From Eledone cirrhosa (taxonomy: Eukaryota): DNA of 64,000 bases. The stretch covers positions 287,246,001 through 287,310,000 of the forward strand of contig OZ024740.1 of NCBI GenBank assembly GCA_964016885.1, given 5' to 3'. Shown one piece after another: positions 1-13,021 of the stretch. Position numbers and translations under genes: made by a program. The first letter of the stretch is position 1. Each line of letters begins with the position of its first letter. Under the pieces are notes generated by a model, which made no database searches, was not told where the DNA came from, and saw only the letters and a program-made list of their open reading frames with translations.

Positions 1-405
1 TGTGGCTCTACTATTGAACATGGTACTATCTGTGGCTCTATTATTGAACATGCTACTATCTGTGGCTCTACCATTGAACATGTTACTCTCTGTGACTCTA
101 CCATTGTACATGCTACTATCTGTGGCTCTACCATTGAACATGCTACTATCTGTGGCTCTACCATTGAACATGCTACTATCTGTAGCTCTCCCATTGAACA
201 TGCTACTCTCTGTGGCTCTACCATTGAACATGCTACTATCTGTGGCTCTACCATTGAACATGCTACTGTCAATGACTCTACCATTGAACATGCTACTATC
301 TGTGGCTCTACCATTGAACATGCTACTATATGTGGCTCTACCATTGAACATGCTACTATCTGTGGCTCTACCGTTAAAAATGTTGCTGCCTGAGGCTTTG
401 CCATT
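1..405. repeat. 30-bp minisatellite (TGTGGCTCTACCATTGAACATGCTACTATC), about 13 copies, runs off window start
   Basis: 30-bp periodicity directly visible; explains the spurious repetitive ORF 2..469. Confidence 0.95.
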
Positions 406-999
406 AAATACTCATATCTCTTCTGATTACAGCATTACTGTTATGTTAGCAATATTACTAGTAACATAACTCCCAATATCTCATTTAATACCACTACCAC
501 CAACGTTAGCTCACTGTTTGTGTCAAGTTGTAACCCAGCTGGGTTGTAGGCATAATATGCTGCTAATTTTAATACCTCCATGCAGCCCATAGGTATATTT
601 AACAAAATGTCAGATAGAATTCTTTACATTATTTGTCCCACCTCTTTGCGCACTATGAGTTCAAATCCCACCAAGGTCAACTTTGCCTTTCATCCTTTCA
701 AGGTCGATTCTCCCTCTATAGAAAAATTTGGTTGTGTTCAAACCTGGAGACGGTTGGGCTCCGCCAGGTTTAAATGTGCCCTAGACACACCTTATGATGG
801 TGCCTCTATGACTCCACAAGGAGTTATGGGATCTTTATCCTACACTGATGTAAGGATTCAAACCATACTTTCAGTATCTCCTGCCCACATTTTTGCTGCA
901 AATTTTCAGGCTGGAGACAGACCACAATCTGTGGCCAGGCCTGCAAAGGTCATGAGTAATGTCTTTTCTCCAATGACTAACTTATAAAAACATGCCATG

Positions 1000-3515
1000 G
1001 TGTAATAACTGAAACACAGTGTGTGACATGGCTTAACAACTGTATCACTTACTTAGTGTGTGACATGGTGTAATAACTGCGTAATATAGTGTGACATGGT
1101 ATAGCAACTGTGTAACACAGTGTATGACATGACAGCAACTGTGTAACTCACCTGGTGTGTGGTGTGGTGTAATAACTGTGTAATATAGGGTGGCATGGTC
1201 TAGCAACTGTGTAATATAGGGTGACATGGTATAGCAACTGTGTAATATAGTGTGGCATGGTATAGCAACTGTGTAATATAGTGTGACATGGTCTAGCAAC
1301 TGTGTAATATAGGGTGACATGGTCTAGCAACTGTGTAATATAGTGTGACATGGTATAGCAACTGTGTAATATAGTGTGACATGGTCTAGCAACTGTGTAA
1401 TATAGTGTGACATGGTCTAGCAACTGTGTAATATAGTGTGGCATGGTATAGCAACTGTGTAATATAGTGTGACATGGTCTAGCAACTGTGTAATATAGGG
1501 CGACATGATCTAGCAACTGTGTAATATAGTGTGACATGGTATAGCAACTGTGTAATATAGTGTGACATGGTATAGCAACTGTGTAATATAGTGTGACATG
1601 GTCTAGCAACTGTGTAATATAGTGTGACATGGTCTAGCAACTGTGTAATATAGTGTGACATGGTCTAGCAACTGTGTAATATAGTGTGGCATGGTCTAGC
1701 AACTGTGCAATATAGTGTGACATGGTATAGCAACTGTGTAATATAGTGTGACATGGTCTAGCAACTGTGTAATATAGGGTGGCATGGTATAGCAACTGTG
1801 TAATATAGGGTGGCATGGTATAGCAACTGTGTAATATAGTGTGACATGGTATAGCAACTGTGTAATATAGTGTGGCATGGTATAGCAACTGTGCAATATA
1901 GTGTGACATGGTATAGCAACTGTGTAATATAGGGTGACATGGTATAGCAACTGTGTAATATAGGGTGGCATGGTATAGCAACTGTGCAATATAGGGTGGC
2001 ATGGTATAGCAACTGTGTAATATAGTGTGAGATGGTATAGCAACTGTGCAATATAGTGTGACATGGTATAGCAACTGTGTAATATAGTGTGACATGGTCT
2101 AGCAACTGTATAATATAGGGTGGCATGGTATAGCAACTGTGCAATATAGGGTGGCATGGTATAGCAACTGTGTAATATAGTGTGACATGGTATAGCAACT
2201 GTGTAATATAGTGTGGCATGGTATAGCAACTGTGCAATATAGTGTGACATGGTATAGCAACTGTGTAATATAGGGTGACATGGTATAGCAACTGTGCAAT
2301 ATAGTGTGACATGGTATAGCAACTGTGTAATATAGGGTGGCATGGTATAGCAACTGTGCAATATAGTGTGACATGGTATAGCAACTGTGTAATATAGGGT
2401 GGCATGGTATAGCAACTGTGTAATATAGTGTGACATGATCTAGCAACTGTGTAATATAGTATGACATGGTCTAGCAACTGTGTAATATAGTGTGGCATGG
2501 TCTAGCAACTGTGCAATATAGTGTGACATGGTATAGCAACTGTGTAATATAGGGTGGCATGGTATAGCAACTGTGTAATATAGGGTGACATGGTATAGCA
2601 ACTGTGTAATATAGTGTGGCATGGTATAGAAACTGTGTAATATAGGGTGGCATGGTATAGCAACTGTGTAATATAGTGTGACATGGTATAGAAACTGTGT
2701 AATATAGGGTGGCATGGTATAGCAACTGTGTAATATAGGGTGGCATGGTATAGCAACTGTGTAATATAGTGTGACATGGTATAGCAACTGTGTAATATAG
2801 GGTGGCATGGTATAGAAACTGTGTAATATAGTGTGACATGGTCTAGCAACTGTGTAATATAGTGTGACATGGTATAGCAACTGTGTAATATAGGGTGGCA
2901 TGGTATAGAAACTGTGTAATATAGAGTGGCATGGTATAGCAACTGTGTAATATAGTGTGACATGGTATAGCAACTGTGTAATATAGGGTGGCATGGTATA
3001 GCAACTGTGTAATATAGTGTGACATGGTATAGAAACTGTGTAATATAGGGTGGCATGGTATAGCAACTGTGTAATATAGTGTGAGATGGTATAGCAACTG
3101 TGTAATATAGTGTGACATGGTATAGCAACTGTGTAATATAGGGTGGCATGGTATAGCAACTGTGTAATATAGTGTGACATGGTATAGAAACTGTGTAATA
3201 TAGGGTGGCATGGTATAGCAACTGTGTAATATAGGGTGGCATGGTATAGCAACTGTGTAATATAGTGTGACATGGTATAGCAACTGTGTAATATAGGGTG
3301 GCATGGTATAGCAACTGTGTAATATAGTGTGACATGGCATAGCAACTGTGTAATATAGGGTGGCATGGTATAGCAACTGTGTAATATAGTGTGACATGGC
3401 ATAGCAACTGTGTAACTCACCTCGTTTGTGACATGGTGTAATAACTGTGTAACACAGTGTATGACATGGTATAGCAACTGTGTAACACAGTGTGTGAGAT
3501 GGTATAGCAACTGCA
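1000..3515. repeat. 31-bp minisatellite (GTATAGCAACTGTGTAATATAGTGTGACATG), about 80 copies
   Basis: 31-bp period with a few recurrent variant sites; degenerate units at both edges; source of all repetitive minus-strand ORFs 1045-3529. Confidence 0.97.
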
Positions 3516-4132
3516 ATACTCAATAACACAAGGGTTTAGTGTGACAGTGTGTGTAACTTCAAGTTAATAAGTTTGACTGTATAAGTGAAGGTTAATAAGT
3601 ATAACAGAATGCCACAAGGATTTAGGGGAAAATAGTGTATAGCTGCAGGTTAGAAAGTATAACATGATGAGTGACAGGGAATCATTATTTGTAACACAGT
3701 GCATAACTAATGTTACTTAATTTGTATATCATGACCATCATCCTCATCCTTTAACATCATCATCATTTAACATCTTTTTCCCTGTTAGCAAGGGTTGTTA
3801 CATACCAAGTTAGTTCTTAGTAGGTGCTACTGACTTCTCATTGGGCATCTCATGTGTTGCCGTTCTCTGCAGAGTGCACCAGGTACATTTTATGGTGGTG
3901 CAAGTACAAAGGAGGTGCTCATGACTTTACAAAACTGAAGAGTCTTTTCAACCCTTTGCTTGGTAAGTTTTCTATGGCTTGATACCCTTCCAATCATCAA
4001 CGACTTTATAAAGTGTATTAGGTGCATTTTATTATGGCACCAACACTAGAGTGGCTGTCATGTCCTTGAGATAACTCAAGAATCCTTTCAAATAAAATTT
4101 TACAAGGAAGTAATTGTTGTTCTATATTCCAG

Positions 4133-4308
4133 GTCTTATCTATGGTGCTGCTGTAGGTGATGCAATTGGTCTGGCCTCACGCTGGATGGATCCTGATGAA
4201 TGTCATTTTTATTATGACAAAGAAGATCTGAAGTATTGTAATATCCGTCAGGACAAACACCGAGTGTTCTGGAGTCCTGGAGATTGGACATCAAATTTTG
4301 ATACAATG
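4133..4308 (+). CDS. ADP-ribosylglycohydrolase-family protein, first coding exon in window (upstream exons not found in window)
   Basis: AG at 4131-4132, GT at 4309; encodes GLIYGAAVGDAIG...PGDWTSNFDTM, the ARH N-terminal GDAxG motif and the TDD-equivalent region. Confidence 0.88.
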
Positions 4309-4344
4309 GTTGGTATCTCTCTCTCTCTCATATATATATATATA

Positions 4345-4672
4345 CAATGGAACCTTGGTTGACAAACTTAATTAATTCCTGAATGCCATTTGTCACCTGA
4401 AATGTTTGTAAACTGAAACTATTTTTCTCATATGAAATGTTGAAAGAGAGAGACTGTGTGTGAAAGACAGATAGATATCACCATAGTAATTAACTACACA
4501 GCAAGTGATGCTTTCCTGCTGATACTTCAAGCTTATTGCTAACCATTGTTGCCAGCTTGCATATTCGTTACTCGAGAAACTGTTCATGAACCAAGATGTT
4601 TTATGTTCAGAAAAATTGTTCATGAATCAATTTGTTTGTAATGAGAGGCATTCATGAACCGAGGTTCCACTG
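4345..4672. mobile_element. Tc1/mariner (pogo/Tigger-like) MITE
   Basis: Imperfect TIRs CAATGGAACCTTGGTT ... AACCGAGGTTCCACTG, TA at left flank, no ORF. Confidence 0.7.
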
Positions 4673-4894
4673 TTTACATATATATATATACATTCCACCC
4701 TGTAAAGTGGTCGTTTTGGTGCCAAGATAAAAAGCACGCAATCCACTCTATAATTATGGTTGGCATTATGAAGGAAGCCAGAAACAGTTCTGTATGAGCA
4801 AGACACAGTCACCTGATCTGACTTGTCTCACAACAGGACTACTTGTCTAACCCATGCTAGTATAGAAAAATGAGTGTTAAATGTGGTGATGATG

Positions 4895-4959
<65 letters not shown>

Positions 4960-5026
4960 AAGGTTTAGCAAATAATGAAAAAGTTTCAAAATAAATTTTA
5001 AAAAATTGACTTTACCTACTATAGTT

Positions 5027-5109
5027 ACCTTTACCGATCGGTTTCGAATCCCAAAAATAAACGGAGATCATACGGCCTTCGTTGCAAAGAAAGATTCTCG
5101 TCAGAAGGT
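5027..5109 (-). ncRNA. Type I hammerhead ribozyme within a Penelope-like fragment (about 4957-5405)
   Basis: Minus strand reads ACCUU-CUGACGA-GAAUC[long loop]GAUUC-GAAA-CCGAUCG-GUA-AAGGU: intact core, 5-bp stem I, 5-bp stem II, palindromic stem III; adjoins (TA)n. Confidence 0.8.
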
Positions 5110-6249
5110 TCTTTTCATTCGAAGAATATAAAATTCTTGAATTTAAATTACGAACTAGCGCTATCCAAAACTGTTCCTGAGATGAGAGTGAATGATGTGG
5201 AATCAATTTTTTCAAGGGCCGAAGTAAAGATAGAGGCAGAGGGAGGTAGGTCAAACCGGCCGCAACTATCACTAGCAGCAGTCGGAACGACCCAATTTGT
5301 TTCTCAACAATAGAGGAGAATAGTAATAATAGGATATGTGTTCCTTCATGCACAAGGCGCTAAGGGACGCATGTATTGTCCAACCAAATGCCAATGTGGT
5401 TCAAATATATCATCATCATCATCGTCGTTTATCTTTCGTTTTTCCATGCCTGCCTGGGTTAGTCAGGTTGTTATGGCATGAAACAAGTCCTGTCAGGTGA
5501 CCATATCTTGCTCGTTAGAATCTGTATTTTGGCTTAATGCCAACCACGTTGCAGTGTGGAATGGGTGCTTTTTATCATGGCACCAAAATAACCATCTAAC
5601 TGGGTGAACTGTTTTTCCCAAATAAGTTAAAACACTAGACTGACAGAGTTTTAAAGGATATTTCGTGAACAAATACAATGAATTTATGTTGGGAGAGGAA
5701 AGCCAGATAGACAGACATAAATTGGTCTCATATATATCATTATCATCATCATCATCATCATCATCATTTAAAATCCATTTTACCTGCTTGCAAGGTTGGA
5801 TAGGTCATCCCAGACTGAGTCAGTACTTAAGCTAAGCCACTGACCTCTTAGATTGACCAGGGGCTCACATCCTGCTTACACACATTCTTGTGTTCTATCA
5901 ATTGCTCCAACAGTTGGGGGCTTGACATACGATCCTTTGCTCTACCAAGTGCATTTTATCATGGCACCAACACTAGAAAAGTTGACATGTCTTTGACACA
6001 GCTGAAGGACCTTCTCAACCCTTTGTTTGGCATGTTATTTTTTTGTCGCTGGATGCTTTTCTTATCATCATCCACTTTACAAAGTGTATTGAGTGCATTT
6101 GTTATGTAGATCACCAACATTGGGGAGGTTGTCATGGTTATAGTTCTTCCAAACTTTTGTTTGACAAGCTTTCTATGACTGGATGTCTTCCCTTTCAACA
6201 TTATTGGAGTCATACAAGTTACCCAATTGTGTAAAACATCACTTAAGGG

Positions 6250-6978
6250 ATATGGTTAAATTTACATACCTTTAAGTTGATGAAATTTGGAGAAAACTAT
6301 GAACAAATCTAATTAAACTAATCTTATACAGAAGACCCACCCTCTCATATTTTCGAGCTGAGGCATATATTCTAGTAGACAGCACCTTCCCTTACCATCT
6401 CCCCTCCCATACACCTCCCTTGCTGCAATCATCCCACCCATATACTTACGTCCCCATTTCCCCAGGCATCTACTCCACCCCACCCTAGTCCCCAACCCAC
6501 ACCATAAAGTGGTCCTCTTGGAGCCATGACAAAAGCCATCAGCCCACACTGTAAAGTAGTTGTGTAGGTGTCATGACAAAAAAGCGCCCAGTCCACACTG
6601 TAAAGTGGTCATGTAGGAGTCACGACAAAAAGCACCCAGCCCACAATGTAAAGTAGTCGTACTGGTGTCACAACAAAAAGCACCCAGCCCACACTGTAAA
6701 GCAGTTGTGTAGGTGTCACGACAAAAAGCACCCAGCCCACACTGTAAAGTGGTCATGTAGGTGTCACGACAAAAAGCACCCAGCCCACACTGTAAAGTGG
6801 TCATGTAGGTGTCACGACAAAAAGCACCCAGCCCACTGTAAATGAGGTTGGCATTTGGAAGGGTATCCAGCTGTAGAAACCAAGCAAAAATCACTTCTGT
6901 GAGCGCGAAACACGGTCCTCCAACCTGATCTCTCACAAGGGGACAGCCCATCCTACCCATGCTAATGTAGAAAATGGA
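6250..6978 (+). mobile_element. RTE LINE 3'UTR-derived fragment with about 47-bp internal tandem repeats
   Basis: Repeats of ACAAAAAGCACCCAGCCCACACTGTAAAGTGGTC and (ATG)n tail match the 3' end of the RTE at 35450-35740. Confidence 0.75.
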
Positions 6979-7192
6979 CGATAAACGATGATGATGATTT
7001 ATAGCTAATTCATTTTTATGAACAACTATTGCATGTCATTTGTTTTATATATTCATTCCTATACGTGTGCATTAATTCAAAATGAAATTTAATTTTAATG
7101 TGTGTCTTTTAATTTGAATTTAAAATCCTTTAAAATACAACTTAACTCACATGAAATATTTATAGTTTGCTATGTTTGATTTTCTTATCTAG

Positions 7193-7336
7193 ATGTTAGT
7201 TCTGGATTCATTAATAGCCTGGGCCGGAGTAGTTGACGAGCTGGATTTCTCCAAACGTTTGAAATATTGGTCTAAACATGGGTTTCCAGAGTTGAAAGAT
7301 ACCAAAGGAATTGTTCCCAGTTTTACAATTCAAGAG
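7193..7336 (+). CDS. ADP-ribosylglycohydrolase-family protein, exon
   Basis: AG/GT bounded, 144 bp, phase 0-0; MLVLDSLIAWAGVVDELDFSKRLKYWSKHGFPELKDTKG... Confidence 0.88.
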
Positions 7337-7477
7337 GTCAGTATTGACAATGGACAATCTGCCAATGTTTGAATTTTGATGAGGATTTATTAAATTTGAA
7401 CATATAATATATGCATTTTACCACTTTATTTCTATTACTAATAGACTCTACTACTACTATTACTACTGCTGCTGCTT

Positions 7478-7534
<57 letters not shown>

Positions 7535-7750
7535 AATTATAAGCTAACAAGGGAACCTCTATGTAGTCTCTCAATCTGTTTGAAATAGCAGCCCAATAGG
7601 TAAATTAATATTGACTAGTAAATATGTTTACAATTTTTGAACAGATGTATAAAATATATATAGACCAAATACGTAAAATATATGTATATATATATATATA
7701 TGTGTGTGTACCAGTCAAGTCCAGACTCTATATATGTAAATATGTGTGTG

Positions 7751-7807
<57 letters not shown>

Positions 7808-7950
7808 TAACATTGAGACATGTTATGTTTACATAATTGTATTTATTACATTATACATATTTTTTCAATATTTCTGTTGCTATGTTGCAGGTAAAATAGT
7901 TCCATCCTGGTTTATATCCAGTGAGCATATTATATATATATATATAAATA

Positions 7951-9250
7951 CAGGGTGTCGACGATATTTGTTCGCAATTTTCAACTGCTAATTTTATGCA
8001 AATTTTTTTTACTTCCGTTGTCACTCTTGTCTTCATAAAAACAGTGACTATATTTCCATTATTTATTTTCAGAATAATTGATTATGAATAATTTTGAACC
8101 TCCAAATTTGTGGAAGAGACACGGAGTTCTTCTTGGAATCCGTGCCGGCAGGACAAATAAGGAAATTTCAGACTTTCTCGGCGTCAGCAGGAGAATGGTG
8201 GAAAAGGTCAGAAAGGAATTGGAAGATTCAGGATTCGACTACGAAGCAACATCAGCGAGGAAAACACATGATCGACGATCTGACGCCTTCAGAACGCTCG
8301 AGTTCGTCGCTGAAGTTCAGGATATCATCAACAATGAACCTAGCAAGTCGATGTGTGCCATTGCAAGGGAGAAAGGCGTGGATGAAAAGCTCATTAGGCT
8401 GGTGGTACGTGAAGACATTTGCTACGTTTCATACAAGATGAGGAAAGGACAATTTCTGTCAAAGGCGATGCAAGAAAAGCGACTGAAGCACGCAAAGAAG
8501 CTGATCAACAAGTTGAAACACCCACTGGAGCCAGACATGCTGTGGTTTTTCTCCGACGAGAAAAACTTCTACCAAGACCAGAAGATCAACTCCCAGAACA
8601 ACAGGTGGCTCGCTGTCTCATCCAAAGACGTGCCCAGAGTCATGCAAACAAAGTTTCCAGCGACAACATTGGCCTTAGGTGTCGTCAGCAGTCAAGGTGA
8701 CGTCATGCCACCTCACTTCTTCCCTGAGGGCCTCAAGCTGAACACCGATGGCTACATCCATGTTCTGAGCGAGGTAGTAAAGCCCTGGATCCACCAGGTA
8801 GCTGCAGGTAGGCCGTACGTGTGGCAGCAAGACTCAGCACCCTGCCATACCAGCCGAAAGACCCAAGCCTGGCTGTCAGAGAACTTCGTCGACCACACTT
8901 CACCTGACATCTGGCCTCCCAGCTCGCCTGACTGCAATCCCCGTGACTTCTTTGTGTGTGGCGCAGTGGAACGAGACACCAACAGATCTAGCTGGAAGAC
9001 GATCTGAAGGCCAGGATCACAAGTGCCTTTAGGGGCCTAAGTCGGGGGACAGTGACGAAGGCCTGTAGCCGGTTCCGAAGCCGCCTTGAGGCCGTCATCA
9101 AAGCCAATGGCGGGTTTATCGAGTGAGATCGAAAGAACAAGTCATGAAGACAAACTGACCCAAGTTTGATAAATATATCTTAAAAAATAAAACTACTATG
9201 TTCATTTTTCCTAGATAGTAATCTTGCGAACAAATATCGTCCGCACCCTG
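7951..9250 (+). mobile_element. Full-length Tc1/mariner-superfamily DNA transposon, DD37D (maT) type, intronic
   Basis: 27-bp TIRs CAGGGTGTCGACGATATTTGTTCGCAA (7951-7977 and 9224-9250, 2 mismatches), TA target duplication, 1300 bp. Confidence 0.93.
8078..9126 (+). pseudogene. DD37D transposase with a frameshift near the C-terminus
   Basis: FSDEK, WQQDSAPCH and PPSSPDCNPRD motifs with 37 residues between the 2nd and 3rd Asp; ORF stops at 9007 but C-terminus DDLKARI...RLEAVIKANGGFIE* continues in another frame to 9126. Confidence 0.88.
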
Positions 9251-10295
9251 TATATATGAAAACAGTAAACAGAAATAACAAAGCAAATAACACAGTACAA
9301 TGAAAAGATTTATTAGTTTTATGCTTGATAAAGTAGGAAAAGAGTCTTAACGTTTCAGATGCTAGTCTTTCATCAGAAAATAGAATGAGATATTAAAAAA
9401 GCAATATAAAGATAGAGGAGAGTGAACAGTGGCAGAAAGATCGCCAGTTCATCGTTTTTATATCCACTTTTATTTATACTAGTCATGTAAGGTACAGATT
9501 TTTTATTTGCTGGTGGAATGGGGGAATGTATCCTCAAACTAGAGACCTAGTCTGAATACTTGCAACAGAGTGGACTCTGCTAAAGGAGGTGTTCATGGGC
9601 CAGGTGATGGTCTTAAACCAGACAATGGATTAAGTCTGCCACCATGTAGGCCATAGCATGATTTGAATGTAAAGCTGGAACGGATATCATAAGGTATCTT
9701 CTCAGACACTAACAATCTTGTTAATCCTTTGCTTTAGTCTGGTGCTTTATTTTATTGGCCTTGAAAAGATGAAAGGTAAAGTTGGCCTCAACAAAATTTG
9801 AACTGATTGCAGAGCCAGAACACTACCACCTTATAGAATGGACTGGGTGTTTTTGTCATGACACCACCACTACCACTTTATAGGGTGGACTGACTATTTT
9901 TTGTGGCACCATCTCTACCTCCTTACAGTGCAGATTGAATGCTTTTATCATGGCACTAGCACTACCACTTCACAGGGTAAACTGACTTTTTTATTTTTGT
10001 GGTGCTATCACTACCTCCTTTCACTGAACTGGGCTCCTTTATCATGGCTCCATCACTACCATTTTGCAGAGTTGGCTGGGTGCATTTTATTTGAGTTACC
10101 ATATGATAGGTCATTAGTTCATACCTATTTCAGGTGTCCACTAAAATATTTTAAAATAATTGTTAATAATCAATAATTCATCGTTGTTGTAATATTTAGC
10201 AATTACTATTTTTATTACATTGAATATAAAGTAAAATGTATATTGACTTTCATATTCCCAAATGTCATCATGATCAATGGTTAGACATATATGCA

Positions 10296-10345
<50 letters not shown>

Positions 10346-10352
<7 letters not shown>

Positions 10353-11028
10353 ACTAGAAATTGATTGACATATATATATATATAAAATAAACATATGAAA
10401 CAATCACAGGGAATAATTTGTAAAAGTGTTTAAGCACACATAGCTAGGTAGGTAACCAATTAAAGTTTAACTAGAACTTTAAACATAGTTACCTTTTAAA
10501 ATGATTAATCTTCCTTCTATATATTTCATTAAAGAAATATATTTCACCATCAATCGATTGGTAAACCACAGTAGCCAAATCCCGGATTTTCAACAAGGGA
10601 GATACGATGTGTGTATTTTTAAAAAATGCAACACGTGCTGCTAGCTATTTGCAGATTTGAATTTGCTGTGTAAACACAGATAGTTAAATCTTCTCCCTTG
10701 TTGAAAATCCAGGATTTGGCTACTGTAGTTTACCGATCGATTGATGGTGAAATATATACAAGGAAGATTAATCATTTTAAAAGGTAACTATGTTTAAAGT
10801 TCTAGTTAAACTGTAATTGGTTACCTACCTAGCTATGTGTGCTTACACACTTTTACAAATTATTCCCTGTGATTGTTTCATATGTTTATTTTAGATATAT
10901 ATATATATATATGTCAATCAATTTCTAGTTGATATAAAATGCTCGGATCTACTCATTGGAATCTTGGAGCATATTCTACAGTGGATATGGCGCATGTCCC
11001 TCTGACATGACACCTGTAATTTAATTTT

Positions 11029-11030
<2 letters not shown>
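10346..11030. repeat. Long inverted repeat (about 250-bp arms, about 90-bp spacer) with one-sided extension, flanked by (TA)n; Penelope-like architecture
   Basis: 10346-10602 is the reverse complement of about 10692-10935; unpaired tail to about 11030. Confidence 0.8.
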
Positions 11031-11074
<44 letters not shown>

Positions 11075-11154
11075 TGTATATATGCTTCAGCTTCTGCTCA
11101 TGGGAAGTCGGGTCTTCTGCATTACTGCGCAATATATATATATATTATTACATA

Positions 11155-11390
11155 TTTTATTGGCATCCATCAGTCTCGAAAGACCATGGATCTGCACCTG
11201 GAGAATGTTGTGTCAGCTGCTGATGCCGGTGCAGTGTCTGCTGTGGCTGTACAGGCCCTCACGGGGGTGGCAGTCCTGTATACAATAACTACATTTGTAG
11301 ATACTCTCCTCCGGTGTTACTGTGTTGTTCTTTTTTCAAGTATGTTTTTCCTCGGAAGCAAGTTTCAGTTTCTTTTCCCCTCACTCCATA
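11155..11390 (-). mobile_element. 3' end fragment of an RTE-type LINE (different family from the main RTE)
   Basis: Minus strand encodes DCHPREGLYSHSRHC, resembling the C-terminal CHSRIGLxSH motif of RTE-clade ORFs, then a short 3'UTR. Confidence 0.55.
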
Positions 11391-11992
11391 CATAGAAACA
11401 CATACATACAGACATGTGAAAGTAAAGTTAATGTACAGGCCCAAGGGAAACTTTTTATTTGCCTTTATGTTTGCTTTATTTTCAGGAGTTTAACCTTCTT
11501 AGATCTCATCAGAGTTTAACCTTCTTAGATCTCATCAGTTATAATCTGGTTGACATCACATGCTTTCTAAAGTTTATTGTACTTTTCAACATACAGCAGA
11601 TGAAATAATACATAATATTAATGACTTTTCTGTGATTAGATTGTACAGAAACTGTAACTATGATTATATATATCCAATATCTATTATTTGGTAGTGTGGA
11701 TTCAACAAGAAATAAACAGCAATGATGAGGAAATATATCATACTGCTAGTAGGTGAATTCATTTTAAAAAGATTTTTAGTCATGAAACATTCATTACTTT
11801 CTGAATGCAAAACATAAAGGAATATTACTTGATTTGAATTAAGTAGTAGCAGTCATGGTAGTAGTGATTGAGATGTTGTTATTATTATTATTAGTAGTAG
11901 TAGTGGTGGTGGTGGTGGTGATGGTGATAGTAGTAGTAGTAGTTTTAAATAGAATAGAACATATTCTTTTTACAAAGTCTTTATATTTGAAG

Positions 11993-12179
11993 GTCCTCAA
12001 ACAGCAGTCTTTTGAGGATGACCCACATTTAGCAGCTGAAGCAGTCTTACAAAAGGGCTGTCACCAAAACCCTGTCAATCCTACAACAGAAAGCCGCACG
12101 TTGAACCCATGTCTAATCACTCCACCAGATGAATATATCTTCAATGACAACTCAGCTATTGTTCGAGCTGCCATCTTAG
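11993..12179 (+). CDS. ADP-ribosylglycohydrolase-family protein, exon
   Basis: AG/GT bounded; VLKQQSFEDDPHLAAEAV...DNSAIVRAAILG (equivalent of the NGAxMR motif). Confidence 0.85.
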
Positions 12180-13021
12180 GTAAATTTGTTATGTCATATT
12201 TTTACTGCATGATATCTGGCAAGACCCTAACTACAATTAAATGAGGGAGGGATTAAATAGCATGTTAATCTCAGCCTGTAGATATATAAGTAAGAGGTAT
12301 AATCAATTGAATGTACCTCAGTACATGATTGGTATTTGTTTTATTGATGCTGAAAGGATAAAAGGCAGTCAATATCATCAAGTTTTAAACTCAGAACATG
12401 AAGGGTCATAACTAAATACTGCTAAGCATTTATGCTATTTCTTTGCTATTTCTACCACTTGCTGCCTTGTCATTGTGAAAGTTTGCTTTGCAACCATGTG
12501 TTTTCTGGTTATATCCTACCTACTACTATAACCTCAGGTTGACCAATGTCCTGTGAATGAATTTGCTAGAACTGGACCAAATTTCAGTAGACAGCTTAGG
12601 GAACCACATATCACCAGATGGCTTGTGGAATTCCATTCTGGCATGGTTTCTATTGCTAGATGCCCTTCCTAAGCCAGCCACTTTACAGAGCATACTGGGT
12701 GCATTTTATTGTGGGACCAGCACAAAAAAGATTGTCATGTTGTTGACATTACTAAAGAGTCCTCCCTACCTTCTTCACAGTCTCCCTTCACATGGAACTG
12801 CTGGTACTTCTTCACCCAATGATCATTATACTTGTGCATTACATGTTTGTTCCAATGTAATTTTCTCTCCTGCACTTATGATTCCTCTTATACTCAGTTT
12901 TTCTCTCAACTCATCAGTATTTCATTATTCACTTACACTAACATTACACATCCAGTGAAACATGCTCAATTCACTTCTTTCTAGCTTTTGCATAACCTTT
13001 ACATATATATATATATATCAT

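Noticed and set aside
2-469. 155-aa hydrophobic repeat ORF (and the alternative-frame CGSTIEHATI repeat)
   Set aside because: Product of a 30-bp minisatellite; no splice signals linking it to the ARH gene; the alternative frame stops at 391-393
580-987. 135-aa ORF
   Set aside because: Overlaps a degenerate family B SINE; no splice or homology support
1045-3529. Overlapping long ORFs in all three minus frames; superficial CRISPR-like regularity
   Set aside because: 31-bp tandem repeat cycling through frames; no unique spacers and no cas genes; eukaryotic context
7338-7836. Poly-Val and IYIY/RERE ORFs (also at 10141, 11855, 48174, 49100, 51165)
   Set aside because: Translations of (CTA)n, (TA)n and (GA)n microsatellites; only 11993-12179 is a real exon
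9340-9380. Minus-strand CUGAUGA...GAAACGUUA hammerhead-like motif
   Set aside because: Stems I and II pair poorly; probably a decayed Penelope-type hammerhead, not called as functional
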